This document shows positions 22,115-32,000 of a stretch of 32,000 bases of DNA, one piece after another (the stretch's first letter is position 1; the number at the start of each line of letters is the position of its first letter). The notes under the pieces were generated by a model. That model searched no databases. It was given only the letters and a program-made list of their open reading frames with translations, and was not told the DNA's origin. The DNA comes from an uncultured bacterium (GTDB lineage Bacteria > Patescibacteriota > Gracilibacteria > UBA1369 > PNNO01), in NCBI GenBank assembly GCA_963704705.1, contig OY969931.1, forward strand, positions 750,001 through 782,000, written 5' to 3'. A program made the position numbers and the translations under genes.

Positions 22115-23998
22115 ATGGAAACAATCAAAAAAGGCTTTTTTAAGCGCAAATGGATAAAATGGTTATTGATTGCTATTGCAGCAATTATTATTGTCTACTT
22201 TGCTTTTTTCAATAAAAAAGCTGATCAATATGTATTAACTGAAGCGGTTATGGGCGATATTGTCCAAACAGTTTCAGTCACTGGTTCAATTAAAGCTGAA
22301 CCTTCTCTTGATATACATTTCAAAAAAACCGGAACAGTTAATGATATATATGTGAATGAAGGACAACATGTACTTAAGGGTGATCTTTTAGCATCTCTAG
22401 AAAACGATTCGCTTGCTCTTGAAGTTGAAAGAATGAGAGCAAATTACAATTACGCTGTTGCTCAATATAATCAGGTTAAAGCAGGCGCTAAATCAGAAGA
22501 AATTTTAATAGCAGAAGCTGATTTACAAAGTGCTGAAGCTCAGTTAAAGGCTGCAATAACTGAACAGGAAAACACAAAATCAATTGGAGATTCTAATATC
22601 GATATTGCAGAAATTGAATATGAAAAAGCTCAAAAAGATTATGACAATACCGTAAGTCTGGCTGAAAAAGAATTAGCAAAATTAGATTTAACAGGAGACA
22701 ACGCCCAATCTATAGCCCTTAAAAGCGCTTATACAAATGCTTTTTCTCAGTTGGACTCTTTATTTCCAAAAATGCAGGATGCAATACTTTCTGCAGAAAA
22801 TATACTTGGAGTTAGAGGTTCGGGTTATTATTACCTTTCTCAAACAACCAAAAATCAATTAATATTTTTATATCACGATCCTGCAGAAACTGCTCTTGAA
22901 GACTCGTTAAGTTTATATAACGCACTTGGACCGGATCCTGCAAATGAAGAATTATCAGCAGTTTTGGATAAAAGTCTGGAAGCAGCCGACTCAATTTTAT
23001 TACTTCTTTCGCAAACCAGTTCAACACTTGATGCATTAGCAATATCCAGATCTGATCGCGATGATCTAATTTTAGAACTTTCAAATCAGTCAACTACCTT
23101 ATCTCAAGCTTCACTGCAGCTTGAAGATACCAATTCAACAATTAAAACATTAACAACAGGAGCTCCTCAAGATATTGAAACCTTAAAATTATCTTATCAA
23201 TTACAAATAGATCAGGCTAAAAATTCTTTAAATCAGGCTAAAAATTCTTTGAATCAGGCTAAATTAAATGCAGAAATTGCAGATTCAAATTCTCAGGCAG
23301 CAGTTGCTCTTAAAAGTGCAACCGTTGATACTGCAAAAGCAACTTTAAGTTTAAAACAATCTCCGGTTAGACAGGTTGACCTCGCTCCCCTTTCAGCCCA
23401 GATATCACAAGCTGATATAGCCCTTAAGTTAGCACAGAATGCGTTGGATGAAAGCCAGCTTTATGCGCCAATCGATGGAATTATTACATTTATATATGGC
23501 AAAGTGGGAGAGAATATTGCTTTGACTGAAACTTCGCTTAAACCATTTTTAGCAATGCAGGCTGATAAGTTAATTGTTGAAGCAAATGTCCCTGAAACCG
23601 ATGTTGTAAAGATAGAACCTGGCGATAAAGTTGAAATGACTGTAGATGCGTTTGACTTCACGGAAAAACTTTATGGTGAAGTTATTTATATTGATCCTGC
23701 TGAAACCGTTATTCAAGGTGTTGTTTATTATCAAATTAAAACAGCATTCGACATTGAAGACCCAAGACTTAAATCAGGAATGACTACAAATTTAGATATT
23801 GTCACAGATAAAAAAGAAAATGTACTTACAATTCCAACAAGAGCAATTAAATATGAAGATACAACTAGATACGTTGAAATTCTTGTTAATGGTAAACCTA
23901 TAAAAGTCACAATACAAACCGGATTAGAAAGTGACCAAAATGTTGAAGTTACAGACGGCCTTAAAGCAGGAGACAAAATTATTACATTCGTAAAATAA
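22115..23998 (+). CDS. MacA-like membrane fusion/periplasmic adaptor protein
   Basis: N-terminal TM; VSVTGSIKAEPSLDIHFKKTGTVNDIYVNEGQHVLKGDLLASLEN and LYAPIDGIITFIYGKVGENIALTETSLKPFLAM barrel-sandwich motifs; long helical insertion. Confidence 0.85.
   Translation: METIKKGFFKRKWIKWLLIAIAAIIIVYFAFFNKKADQYVLTEAVMGDIVQTVSVTGSIKAEPSLDIHFKKTGTVNDIYVNEGQHVLKGDLLASLENDSLALEVERMRANYNYAVAQYNQVKAGAKSEEILIAEADLQSAEAQLKAAITEQENTKSIGDSNIDIAEIEYEKAQKDYDNTVSLAEKELAKLDLTGDNAQSIALKSAYTNAFSQLDSLFPKMQDAILSAENILGVRGSGYYYLSQTTKNQLIFLYHDPAETALEDSLSLYNALGPDPANEELSAVLDKSLEAADSILLLLSQTSSTLDALAISRSDRDDLILELSNQSTTLSQASLQLEDTNSTIKTLTTGAPQDIETLKLSYQLQIDQAKNSLNQAKNSLNQAKLNAEIADSNSQAAVALKSATVDTAKATLSLKQSPVRQVDLAPLSAQISQADIALKLAQNALDESQLYAPIDGIITFIYGKVGENIALTETSLKPFLAMQADKLIVEANVPETDVVKIEPGDKVEMTVDAFDFTEKLYGEVIYIDPAETVIQGVVYYQIKTAFDIEDPRLKSGMTTNLDIVTDKKENVLTIPTRAIKYEDTTRYVEILVNGKPIKVTIQTGLESDQNVEVTDGLKAGDKIITFVK
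23211..23252 (+). repeat. Two near-identical 21-bp tandem units in the adaptor gene (QAKNSLN x2), with a partial third
   Basis: ATCAGGCTAAAAATTCTTTAA / ATCAGGCTAAAAATTCTTTGA / ATCAGGCTAAATTAAA... Confidence 0.85.
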
Positions 23999-24038
23999 CC
24001 GGACACGTAGCAAAGCGAAGTGTCTAAAATAATGAAAA

Positions 24039-24713
24039 ATGAAGAAGGAACCTTTATTATATACAAAAGGAATTAAAAAATCCTATGGTGACGGTGTGAA
24101 AACCGAAGTACTAAAAGGAATTGATATAGAAATTTTCGAAAACGAATTCCTTACTATAATGGGGCATTCCGGAAGCGGCAAATCTACACTCATGCATATA
24201 TTGGGATTTTTAGATGTGCCTGATGAAGGCAAATATATTTTTGAAGGAAAAGATACAACCAAATTCGATGACGATGAACTTGCTGAAATCAGAAATAAAA
24301 AAATAGGATTTGTTTTTCAGGCATTTAATCTTCTTCCCAGAACTTCCGCATTAGATAATGTAAGATTACCTATGTTATATGCCGGGGTTCCGGAAAAAGA
24401 ACAAATGGTTCGCGCAAAAAAAGCTTTGGAGTCAGTTGGGCTCGCACACAGGCTTGAGAACTTATCTAATGAGCTCTCAGGTGGTGAACAGCAAAGAGTT
24501 GCAGTTGCACGCGCACTAATAAATGAACCGCGTTTAATTCTTGCTGATGAACCAACCGGAAACTTAGATAGTAATTCAACCAAAGAAATGATGAAAGTGT
24601 TTGAAGATCTTCATGACAAAGGTCATACAATTGTTATTGTTACGCATGAAGATGACGTAGCTGCTCATGCCGAAAGAATAATTAGAATTCGAGATGGTGT
24701 TTGTGAAACCTGA
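24039..24713 (+). CDS. ABC transporter ATP-binding protein (MacB/LolD type)
   Basis: GHSGSGKSTLMHILGFLD Walker A, NELSGGEQQRVAVARAL signature, LILADEPTGNLD Walker B. Confidence 0.95.
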   Translation: MKKEPLLYTKGIKKSYGDGVKTEVLKGIDIEIFENEFLTIMGHSGSGKSTLMHILGFLDVPDEGKYIFEGKDTTKFDDDELAEIRNKKIGFVFQAFNLLPRTSALDNVRLPMLYAGVPEKEQMVRAKKALESVGLAHRLENLSNELSGGEQQRVAVARALINEPRLILADEPTGNLDSNSTKEMMKVFEDLHDKGHTIVIVTHEDDVAAHAERIIRIRDGVCET

Positions 24714-24718
24714 TTACA

Positions 24719-25951
24719 ATGAATATAATACTAACAATTAAACTTGCCATTCGCGGACTTCTTGTGAATAAGATGCGTGCTTTTTTGACCTTACTCGGAA
24801 TCATTATTGGTGTAACAGGAATTATAGTTATTATCGCAGTAGGAAACGGTGCAGAATCATTAATCGTTAATCAGGTTAAATCAGTAGGTACAAATTTAAT
24901 TGGTATTTTGCCGGGTGGCAGCAGCAAAGATGAGCCGCCAGCTGCTTTGTTTGGAATCGTGATAACAACTTTAAAAGCTGAAGATATATTGGCCCTGCGC
25001 GATATTCCACATGTGGAAGCAGTTTCAGGATACAATCAGGATGTTGAAACTATTCTTTATGAAAACAAAAAAACTGAAAGTACTGTAAACGGAGTGTTTC
25101 CGGATTATCCAATTGTTGAGGATGGGGTAATTGAACAAGGTCGGTTTTTTAATGATTCTGAAGAAGCCTCTCTTACTAAAGTCGTTGTTTTAGGAAATGA
25201 AATTAAACAAACTCTTTTTGGAGATTCAAATCCAATCGGTGAAAGTATTAAAATTAGAAATAATTCATTTAAAGTAATAGGATATTTTCAAGAACGGGGA
25301 GTTTCGGGATTTAGCAATGTAGATAATGAGATTTATATTCCAAATAAAACAATGCAAAAATTAATACTTGGAGTTAATCATATAGCACTTGGCCGTGTAA
25401 AAGTTGATGATGCTGAAAATGTTCCTATTGTATCAGATGCAGTAGCTTATACTATTAGAGCAAGACACAAAATTGGCCCTGGTGAAGATGATGATTTCAC
25501 CATAGCCAGCCAGGCTCAGGGCCTTGAAACAATCAGCAATATTACCGGCAGTCTTAAATTATTTTTAACTGCAATTGCTGCTATTGCATTAATTGTTGGA
25601 GGAATTGGAATAATGAACGTTATGTATATTTCTGTTACAGAACGTACACATGAAATTGGTCTTCGAAAAGCGCTTGGCGCACAAAGAAAAGATATTTTAA
25701 ATCAGTTCTTAATTGAATCAGTAGCAATTACAAGTTTAGGCGGGGCAATAGGAATAGTGATAGGGATAATTATTTCGATTCTGGTTGCCCTTGTTATAAG
25801 GGCTCTTGGTTACTCATGGGATTTTATAGTTGATTTGGAATCAATTGTTTATGCAGTCGGCACAATTGCAGCAATTGGCATTACTTTCGGATATGCTCCT
25901 GCAAAAAGAGCTTCACAAATGCGTGCAATTGAAGCATTACGTTATGAATAA
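24719..25951 (+). CDS. MacB/FtsX-type ABC permease 1
   Basis: MRAFLTLLGIIIGVTGIIVIIAVGNGAE and VGGIGIMNVMYISVTERTHEIGLRKALGAQRKDILNQFLIESV. Confidence 0.93.
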   Translation: MNIILTIKLAIRGLLVNKMRAFLTLLGIIIGVTGIIVIIAVGNGAESLIVNQVKSVGTNLIGILPGGSSKDEPPAALFGIVITTLKAEDILALRDIPHVEAVSGYNQDVETILYENKKTESTVNGVFPDYPIVEDGVIEQGRFFNDSEEASLTKVVVLGNEIKQTLFGDSNPIGESIKIRNNSFKVIGYFQERGVSGFSNVDNEIYIPNKTMQKLILGVNHIALGRVKVDDAENVPIVSDAVAYTIRARHKIGPGEDDDFTIASQAQGLETISNITGSLKLFLTAIAAIALIVGGIGIMNVMYISVTERTHEIGLRKALGAQRKDILNQFLIESVAITSLGGAIGIVIGIIISILVALVIRALGYSWDFIVDLESIVYAVGTIAAIGITFGYAPAKRASQMRAIEALRYE

Positions 25952-25953
25952 TT

Positions 25954-27216
25954 ATGACAAATAAATATGAATTAAAATTAGTCTTTGATCTTGCAAAACA
26001 AGGCCTTTCTACAAATATGGGCCGCACAATTTTAACGACTATAGGTATTATTATCGGAATTGCAACAATTGTTATAGTGCTTTCTGCTGGGCACGGACTT
26101 GAACGGTTTGTTATGGATCAAATAGAAAGTTTTGGAGCTGATACAGTTGAAATCGAAATAAAAATACCAAATGTATCTGACACAGAAATGGCAAGTGCTT
26201 TTGTTGGTGGCGCAGAAGTTACAACATTGAAATTAAGTGATTTTGAAGCTTTAAAAGATCTTCCAAATGTTGATAATTTTTATGCTGGTATTTTAGGGCA
26301 GTTTAAAAGTGTTTATAAAAATCAAACTAAAACTTCAATGATATTTGGAGTAAATTATGCGTTTCCTGAAATCGACAGAGACACCAAAATAGCTGAAGGA
26401 AGATTTTTTACTGACAGAGAAGATAAAAGCCAGGCAAGATTGGTTGTGCTAGGATATGCAATTAAAAATGAACTTTTTGGCAGTGAAAGCGCAGTTGGAA
26501 AAACCATAAAAATTAATCATGTAAGTTTTAAGGTAATAGGAGTTGCTCAGGAACGAGGCAGTGTATTTACCTTTAATTATGATAAAATGATTTATATGCC
26601 TCTTGAAACTGCTCAAAAGCAACTTTTGGGCATTGATCATGTTTTGTATGGATTTGTAAAGTTAGTAGATACAGATAGGTCTGAAGAAACAGTTGCTGAT
26701 ATTACGTCAATATTACGGCAACGTCACGGAATACCACCAAATGATCCGAACAAAGATGACTTTAGGGTAACCAGTATGAATGAAATGCAGCAAATAATAG
26801 GTGTAGTGACATTTGGCATGACTTTGCTAGTATTGGCTGTCGCAGGTATTTCGTTATTAGTTGGAGGTGTTGGAATTATGAATATTATGTATTTAACCGT
26901 AACCGAAAGAACGCGTGAAATTGGTTTAAGAAAAGCTATTGGAGCTAAAAATTCAATTATTAAAAATCAGTTTCTGGCTGAATCAATAATTATAACCGGA
27001 GTTGGTGGCCTGATCGGTATAATTATTGGGACTCTTATTACAATTGTTTTAGATATAGTTGCTAAACTTCAGGGTTATGATTTTGGCTTAACAGTAACAT
27101 TTGACGCTGTATTGGTTGGATTTGTGGCAGCAATTGTTTTTGGAATTTTATTTGGACTTTATCCGGCAAGAAAAGCAGCAGGCTTAAAACCAGTTGATGC
27201 GTTAAGATGGGAATAA
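25954..27216 (+). CDS. MacB/FtsX-type ABC permease 2 (divergent paralogue)
   Basis: GRTILTTIGIIIGIATIVIVLSAGHGLE and VGGVGIMNIMYLTVTERTREIGLRKAIGAKNSIIKNQFLAESI. Confidence 0.93.
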   Translation: MTNKYELKLVFDLAKQGLSTNMGRTILTTIGIIIGIATIVIVLSAGHGLERFVMDQIESFGADTVEIEIKIPNVSDTEMASAFVGGAEVTTLKLSDFEALKDLPNVDNFYAGILGQFKSVYKNQTKTSMIFGVNYAFPEIDRDTKIAEGRFFTDREDKSQARLVVLGYAIKNELFGSESAVGKTIKINHVSFKVIGVAQERGSVFTFNYDKMIYMPLETAQKQLLGIDHVLYGFVKLVDTDRSEETVADITSILRQRHGIPPNDPNKDDFRVTSMNEMQQIIGVVTFGMTLLVLAVAGISLLVGGVGIMNIMYLTVTERTREIGLRKAIGAKNSIIKNQFLAESIIITGVGGLIGIIIGTLITIVLDIVAKLQGYDFGLTVTFDAVLVGFVAAIVFGILFGLYPARKAAGLKPVDALRWE

Positions 27217-27246
27217 AAAGGCCGCCCGTGCGATGACGGGCAGCCT
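27215..27246 (-). terminator. GC-rich rho-independent terminator of the 27267..27683 gene
   Basis: Reverse strand AGGCTGCCCGT-CATCGC-ACGGGCGGCCT (11 bp incl. one GU) followed by TTTT. Confidence 0.8.
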
Positions 27247-27266
27247 GATTCGATACAGGTCACTCT

Positions 27267-27683
27267 CTACCAGGAAACAACGATCTTCCAGAACTCGTAC
27301 ATGGAACCTGCAGCCCCTTCCTGCCTGGGGTCACTGACGATCCTGGGACGAAGACCCATCTGGAGAAGATGCAGGTAGACCTTGTGTGCAACATGGCTTT
27401 TCACTGCTTCGAGCGGAACCTCGTCTTCGTACAAATCTCTGTTCCAGCCGGAACTGATCTGTTCGTTTGTGAGATTCATGACATCAAAGTATCGAATCCC
27501 CTGCTGTGCACGGATCTTCATCTTCTCGAAGATGTTCATGAGAATCTTTTTGATCTCAGTTTCCTCCTCCTGGACTTCCCATGAACGAGCCATCTTGCGT
27601 CTGGCCGCGGTTTGCTCCTTTCTGCTTAGTGAAGCATACTGCGCGGCAAGATCCTTCAGTTCTCTGAGTTTTTGGGTTGGCAT
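27267..27683 (-). CDS. Hypothetical 138-aa protein, GC-richer than its surroundings
   Basis: Intact ORF preceded by CAGGAGGAAAGCAAAATG (strong Shine-Dalgarno) and followed by a GC-rich terminator. Confidence 0.7.
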   Translation of the reverse strand: MPTQKLRELKDLAAQYASLSRKEQTAARRKMARSWEVQEEETEIKKILMNIFEKMKIRAQQGIRYFDVMNLTNEQISSGWNRDLYEDEVPLEAVKSHVAHKVYLHLLQMGLRPRIVSDPRQEGAAGSMYEFWKIVVSW

Positions 27684-27789
27684 TTTGCTTTCCTCCTGTG
27701 TTTCAAGAATCTGTGTCGCCTATATCTTTTCAAACATCAGCTCAGAATTGAGCAATGCAAGATATCAAAAATAGGAATAAATATATAAC

Positions 27790-27815
27790 AAAAAAATCCG
27801 CCTTTTGAAAGCGAA
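27790..27815 (-). terminator. Terminator directly downstream of tRNA-Ile
   Basis: Reverse strand TTCGCTT-TCAAA-AGGCGGA (7 bp with GU pairs) followed by TTTTTTT. Confidence 0.65.
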
Positions 27816-27823
27816 TTATTGAA

Positions 27824-27900
27824 TGGTGGGCTTGCGTGGATTTGAACCACGGACCTCGTCGTTATCAGCGACGCGCTCTAACCAACTGAGCTACAAGCCC
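27824..27900 (-). tRNA. tRNA-Ile (anticodon GAT)
   Basis: Reverse strand GGGCTTGTAGCTCAGTTGGTTAGAGCGCGTCGCTGATAACGACGAGGTCCGTGGTTCAAATCCACGCAAGCCCACCA. Confidence 0.96.
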
Positions 27901-27984
27901 TCGTCGAACTACTAATTGCTGATTGCTAATTGATTTGTCAGCCTCGTTATTTTGCCAAAATAATATGTTATTTGCAAGTGTAAT

Positions 27985-29952
27985 TTGATTATGTATTATG
28001 TATTCATGAAACTTATTTCAAAATTGATCAAAGAAAAGCAAATCGTATTTATTAGCCTTATTATAGGGCTATGGGCGATTGTTATCTTTACTAAATACGG
28101 AGGTCAGAGCTTATTAATTCATTATTTATGGCCGCTAATTGTTGCAGGTAGTTTGATATTTCTTTTTAGAAAAAAATGGCTTAAAAACAAAGTAAGCTGG
28201 CTCCATGTTTTTGCGTTAATGGGATTGGCAGCTTATCTGTTTACTTTTTTATTTGATCTCACACCTTCTGATGGTTCGCTTGAATTAATCAATATAAGTT
28301 TCGGGATTTTGCTGGCAATTGTATTAAGTAATGTGGAATGGGAAGATAAAACTTTTAAATGGTTATTTGCCGGAATTATAATTGTTATTTGTTTGATGGA
28401 TGTTTGGGGAATTATCAGTTATGCGGCAGGCCATCCTTTTAACAGGCTTGTAGGACCTTTAATTAAACCTAACGAAGCGTTTTCAGGCTTTCCGAACCTT
28501 GCTGCCAATTTAAATCTGCTGGCCCTTTTACCTGCATTTTACTTTTTTATTAATGCTCACTATAAATCACGAATTATTTCTTTGGGTGTAATAATTGCCA
28601 ATATTGTAATTCTAACCGGCTTATTCTTAACTTATTCAAGAGCAGCATGGTTTGCAGCTGCTTTTATATTTATTGCTGTTTTAATTGGCTTATTTGTAAA
28701 ATTCTGGAAAAACAGACGAGTAATATTAAAATTTGTTATTAATGCGTCTTTTGTATTGTTGCTAAGTATTATTCTGTTTATTGGAATCAATAATATTCGC
28801 TCTTACGGTGAAAATATAATTAATGCAGGTGATAAAATTGCTTTTCAATCAGATGACGAAGGCAGCTCAGTTAGTGAAAGAGTGGCATCAATTGAAAGAA
28901 GTATCAAGATGACGCTCGATCATCCTTTAACAGGTGTTGGCGCTGGAAGTTTTAATTATGTTTCACAAAGTTATGAACAAGATTTTTATACACTTTCAAG
29001 CTACCCATATAGCCTTCCGTTCAAGTTACTGGCTGAACATGGTATCGTTGCATTTTCTTTAATAATATTATGGATAGTCGCTTTGCTTGTATTGGCTTTA
29101 AAAAAGGAAAAAGAATACAAATTGGTTGCAGTATTAACTGTTATTGCATTGCTTATCCATCATTGCATGGATAATAATTTTGATTTTTTTGCAGCAAGTT
29201 TGCCTACATTTTTAATACTTGGAATGGTATGGCCGGATATCAAAGCAAAATCATTATTCAAAAATTCAATAGTAATAATAATCGTTGGAATATTAACTAT
29301 CACAGGTATTTTATTTGTAGGTTACGAAGGCTTTAACGGCATGTATTATATTAGCGGAAGAAACGCAGCAGGAGCAGGAAATCATGCACTTGCCGTTGAA
29401 AATTACACAAAATCTTTTAAGATGATATTCAAGCGAGATGCAAGACTTGCAGCAGCAAATAGTTACTTTGAGCTGTATAAATCTTTAGATCAAGAAAGAT
29501 ATCTAGAGGAAGCCGAAAAGTTACTTGCTGACTATTTAACATATGACAATCCTTTAGATAAGCGTGCGGCTTTGTTAATTGCTAAAATCAGCGCAGAACA
29601 AAATAATTATTCTCAATGCTTAAGTTCTGTTAAATTAGCGCGAAAAATTGGAGGTCAAAATGACTTCGAATCAGACTATTACAACCTACTTTGTACAAAT
29701 GATTTATACAAAAGGTTGGATGTTTTTGATTCAATCCTTCCGAAGCTTGAAAAATATTATGAATTATTAAAACTTAATGCGCATATGACTGTTCTTACTG
29801 ACAATCCAAAATATGCGATTAAAATCCTTGATTTAATTAGTAATGATTACCCTGAGTATCTCCCCTTTTATTATGAAATGCTTGATTTAGCTGTATTGGA
29901 AACAAAAAAATTCCATAATAAGTATGGAATTGATGCGAAAATAAAGTTTTAA
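27985..29952 (+). CDS. O-antigen ligase (Wzy_C)-like polytopic membrane protein with C-terminal repeat-type helical region; start may be 27991 or 28006
   Basis: Multiple TMs; TYSRAAWFAAAFIF and RSIKMTLDHPLTGVGAGSFNYVSQSYEQ...LPFKLLAEHGIVAFSLII. Confidence 0.8.
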   Translation: MIMYYVFMKLISKLIKEKQIVFISLIIGLWAIVIFTKYGGQSLLIHYLWPLIVAGSLIFLFRKKWLKNKVSWLHVFALMGLAAYLFTFLFDLTPSDGSLELINISFGILLAIVLSNVEWEDKTFKWLFAGIIIVICLMDVWGIISYAAGHPFNRLVGPLIKPNEAFSGFPNLAANLNLLALLPAFYFFINAHYKSRIISLGVIIANIVILTGLFLTYSRAAWFAAAFIFIAVLIGLFVKFWKNRRVILKFVINASFVLLLSIILFIGINNIRSYGENIINAGDKIAFQSDDEGSSVSERVASIERSIKMTLDHPLTGVGAGSFNYVSQSYEQDFYTLSSYPYSLPFKLLAEHGIVAFSLIILWIVALLVLALKKEKEYKLVAVLTVIALLIHHCMDNNFDFFAASLPTFLILGMVWPDIKAKSLFKNSIVIIIVGILTITGILFVGYEGFNGMYYISGRNAAGAGNHALAVENYTKSFKMIFKRDARLAAANSYFELYKSLDQERYLEEAEKLLADYLTYDNPLDKRAALLIAKISAEQNNYSQCLSSVKLARKIGGQNDFESDYYNLLCTNDLYKRLDVFDSILPKLEKYYELLKLNAHMTVLTDNPKYAIKILDLISNDYPEYLPFYYEMLDLAVLETKKFHNKYGIDAKIKF

Positions 29953-30029
29953 TGGTGGAGCTGAAGGGAGTCGAACCCTTGACCTCCTCGGTGCAAGCGA
30001 GGCGCTCTAGCCAACTGAGCTACAGCCCC
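29953..30029 (-). tRNA. tRNA-Ala (anticodon TGC)
   Basis: Reverse strand GGGGCTGTAGCTCAGTTGGCTAGAGCGCCTCGCTTGCACCGAGGAGGTCAAGGGTTCGACTCCCTTCAGCTCCACCA. Confidence 0.96.
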
Positions 30030-30048
30030 ATAATAATTTATTGGGGAT

Positions 30049-30438
30049 TTATTCTTCTTTTTTTGATTCGGTTCCTACTTCGGAACCTTCAATAGAGCTC
30101 GCCTTCGGCTCGCTCGGTTCAGTCATAATAGCATTCTCTTTCATCATTGGTTCTTTTTCTTCTTTTTCTACTTTCTTTTCTTTTTCTTTTCTTTTCATGT
30201 TCATAAATCCGTCATATAGAACATCTTTTAAAGAAAACAAACTCCATATAACAAATAATATAATTAATGGCATGCTATTAATCTGCCATGCGTATACTGA
30301 TAACAATGCAGCACCAATCAAATTAATAAAATCATATTCAAAATCTTGAGTTTTCCATCTGCCTATTTGATTTAGGAGGAATGCCACAAGAAGTACAAGT
30401 GCTCCTATATATCCAATTATAGTGTTAGCTTCTAACAT
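30049..30438 (-). CDS. Small membrane protein resembling the CBU_0592 family, with Lys/Glu-rich tail
   Basis: IIGYIGALVLLVAFLLNQIGRWKTQDFEYDFINLIGAALLSVYAWQINSMPLIILFVIWSLFSLKDVL; charged tail KEKEKKVEKEEKEP. Confidence 0.7.
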   Translation of the reverse strand: MLEANTIIGYIGALVLLVAFLLNQIGRWKTQDFEYDFINLIGAALLSVYAWQINSMPLIILFVIWSLFSLKDVLYDGFMNMKRKEKEKKVEKEEKEPMMKENAIMTEPSEPKASSIEGSEVGTESKKEE

Positions 30439-30537
30439 GATGATTGTTTAAATTGATACGCAAAAGCAAGTTTATATAAATTGATGATTAAGGTCAAGAA
30501 ATAATTCATCATGCTTTGCTAATTCTCATACCTAAGC

Positions 30538-30566
30538 AAAAAAAGCCGCTTTAATTTTTTGCGACT
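30538..30566 (-). terminator. Rho-independent terminator downstream of 16S rRNA
   Basis: Reverse strand AGTCGC-[11 nt]-GCGGCT (one GU) followed by TTTTTTT. Confidence 0.65.
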
Positions 30567-30695
30567 CTTTAATGTTTTTAACATTCAGAGCGTAATAGAG
30601 AAACCTCTGCCGTTTCAAATAAATGAAACGTGCTCGACCATATAGCACTGCATGCTAACAAATAAATGTTAACACCGTTCTACATGACTCCTTAG

Positions 30696-32000
<1,305 letters not shown>

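Noticed and set aside
24003-24025. GACAC...GTGTC hairpin between the adaptor and ATPase genes as a terminator or riboswitch
   Set aside because: Only 5 bp with no T tract; too weak to call as a regulatory element.

Overview
The window is an AT-rich, gene-dense chromosomal segment. Its style suggests a Patescibacteria/CPR-type genome (inference): compact genes, mostly no Shine-Dalgarno sequences, a PrgI/VirB4-N pair, an HNH protein, and an rRNA set split apart on one strand. Three rRNA genes and two of the usual spacer tRNAs lie on the minus strand in the order 16S (truncated at the window end), tRNA-Ala(TGC), tRNA-Ile(GAT), 23S, 5S. About 10 kb of mostly + strand protein genes separates the 16S from the 23S. 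tRNA-Leu(GAG) and tRNA-Val(TAC) lie elsewhere. Recognisable proteins include PurA, GlyA, 5-formyl-THF cyclo-ligase, EF4/LepA, an AEC-family transporter, a MacA/ABC ATPase/two-permease exporter and an O-antigen-ligase-like protein. Also recognisable are a HAMP-SpoIIE phosphatase beside an anchored family-5 solute-binding protein, and a PrgI/VirB4-N-terminal pair. The most unusual items are: (1) a predicted lipoprotein (6376..7773) that reads as the two halves of a SecD P1 periplasmic domain with parvulin-type prolyl isomerase sequence in between, overlapping tail-to-tail with an HtrA-like protein that has lost its catalytic His; (2) the dispersed rRNA locus, with separate terminators and a 23S processing stem carrying an extra hairpin arm on its 3' side; (3) a GC-richer, Shine-Dalgarno-bearing one-gene cassette inside the rRNA spacer; (4) a predicted two-domain cell-wall hydrolase with no visible signal peptide.
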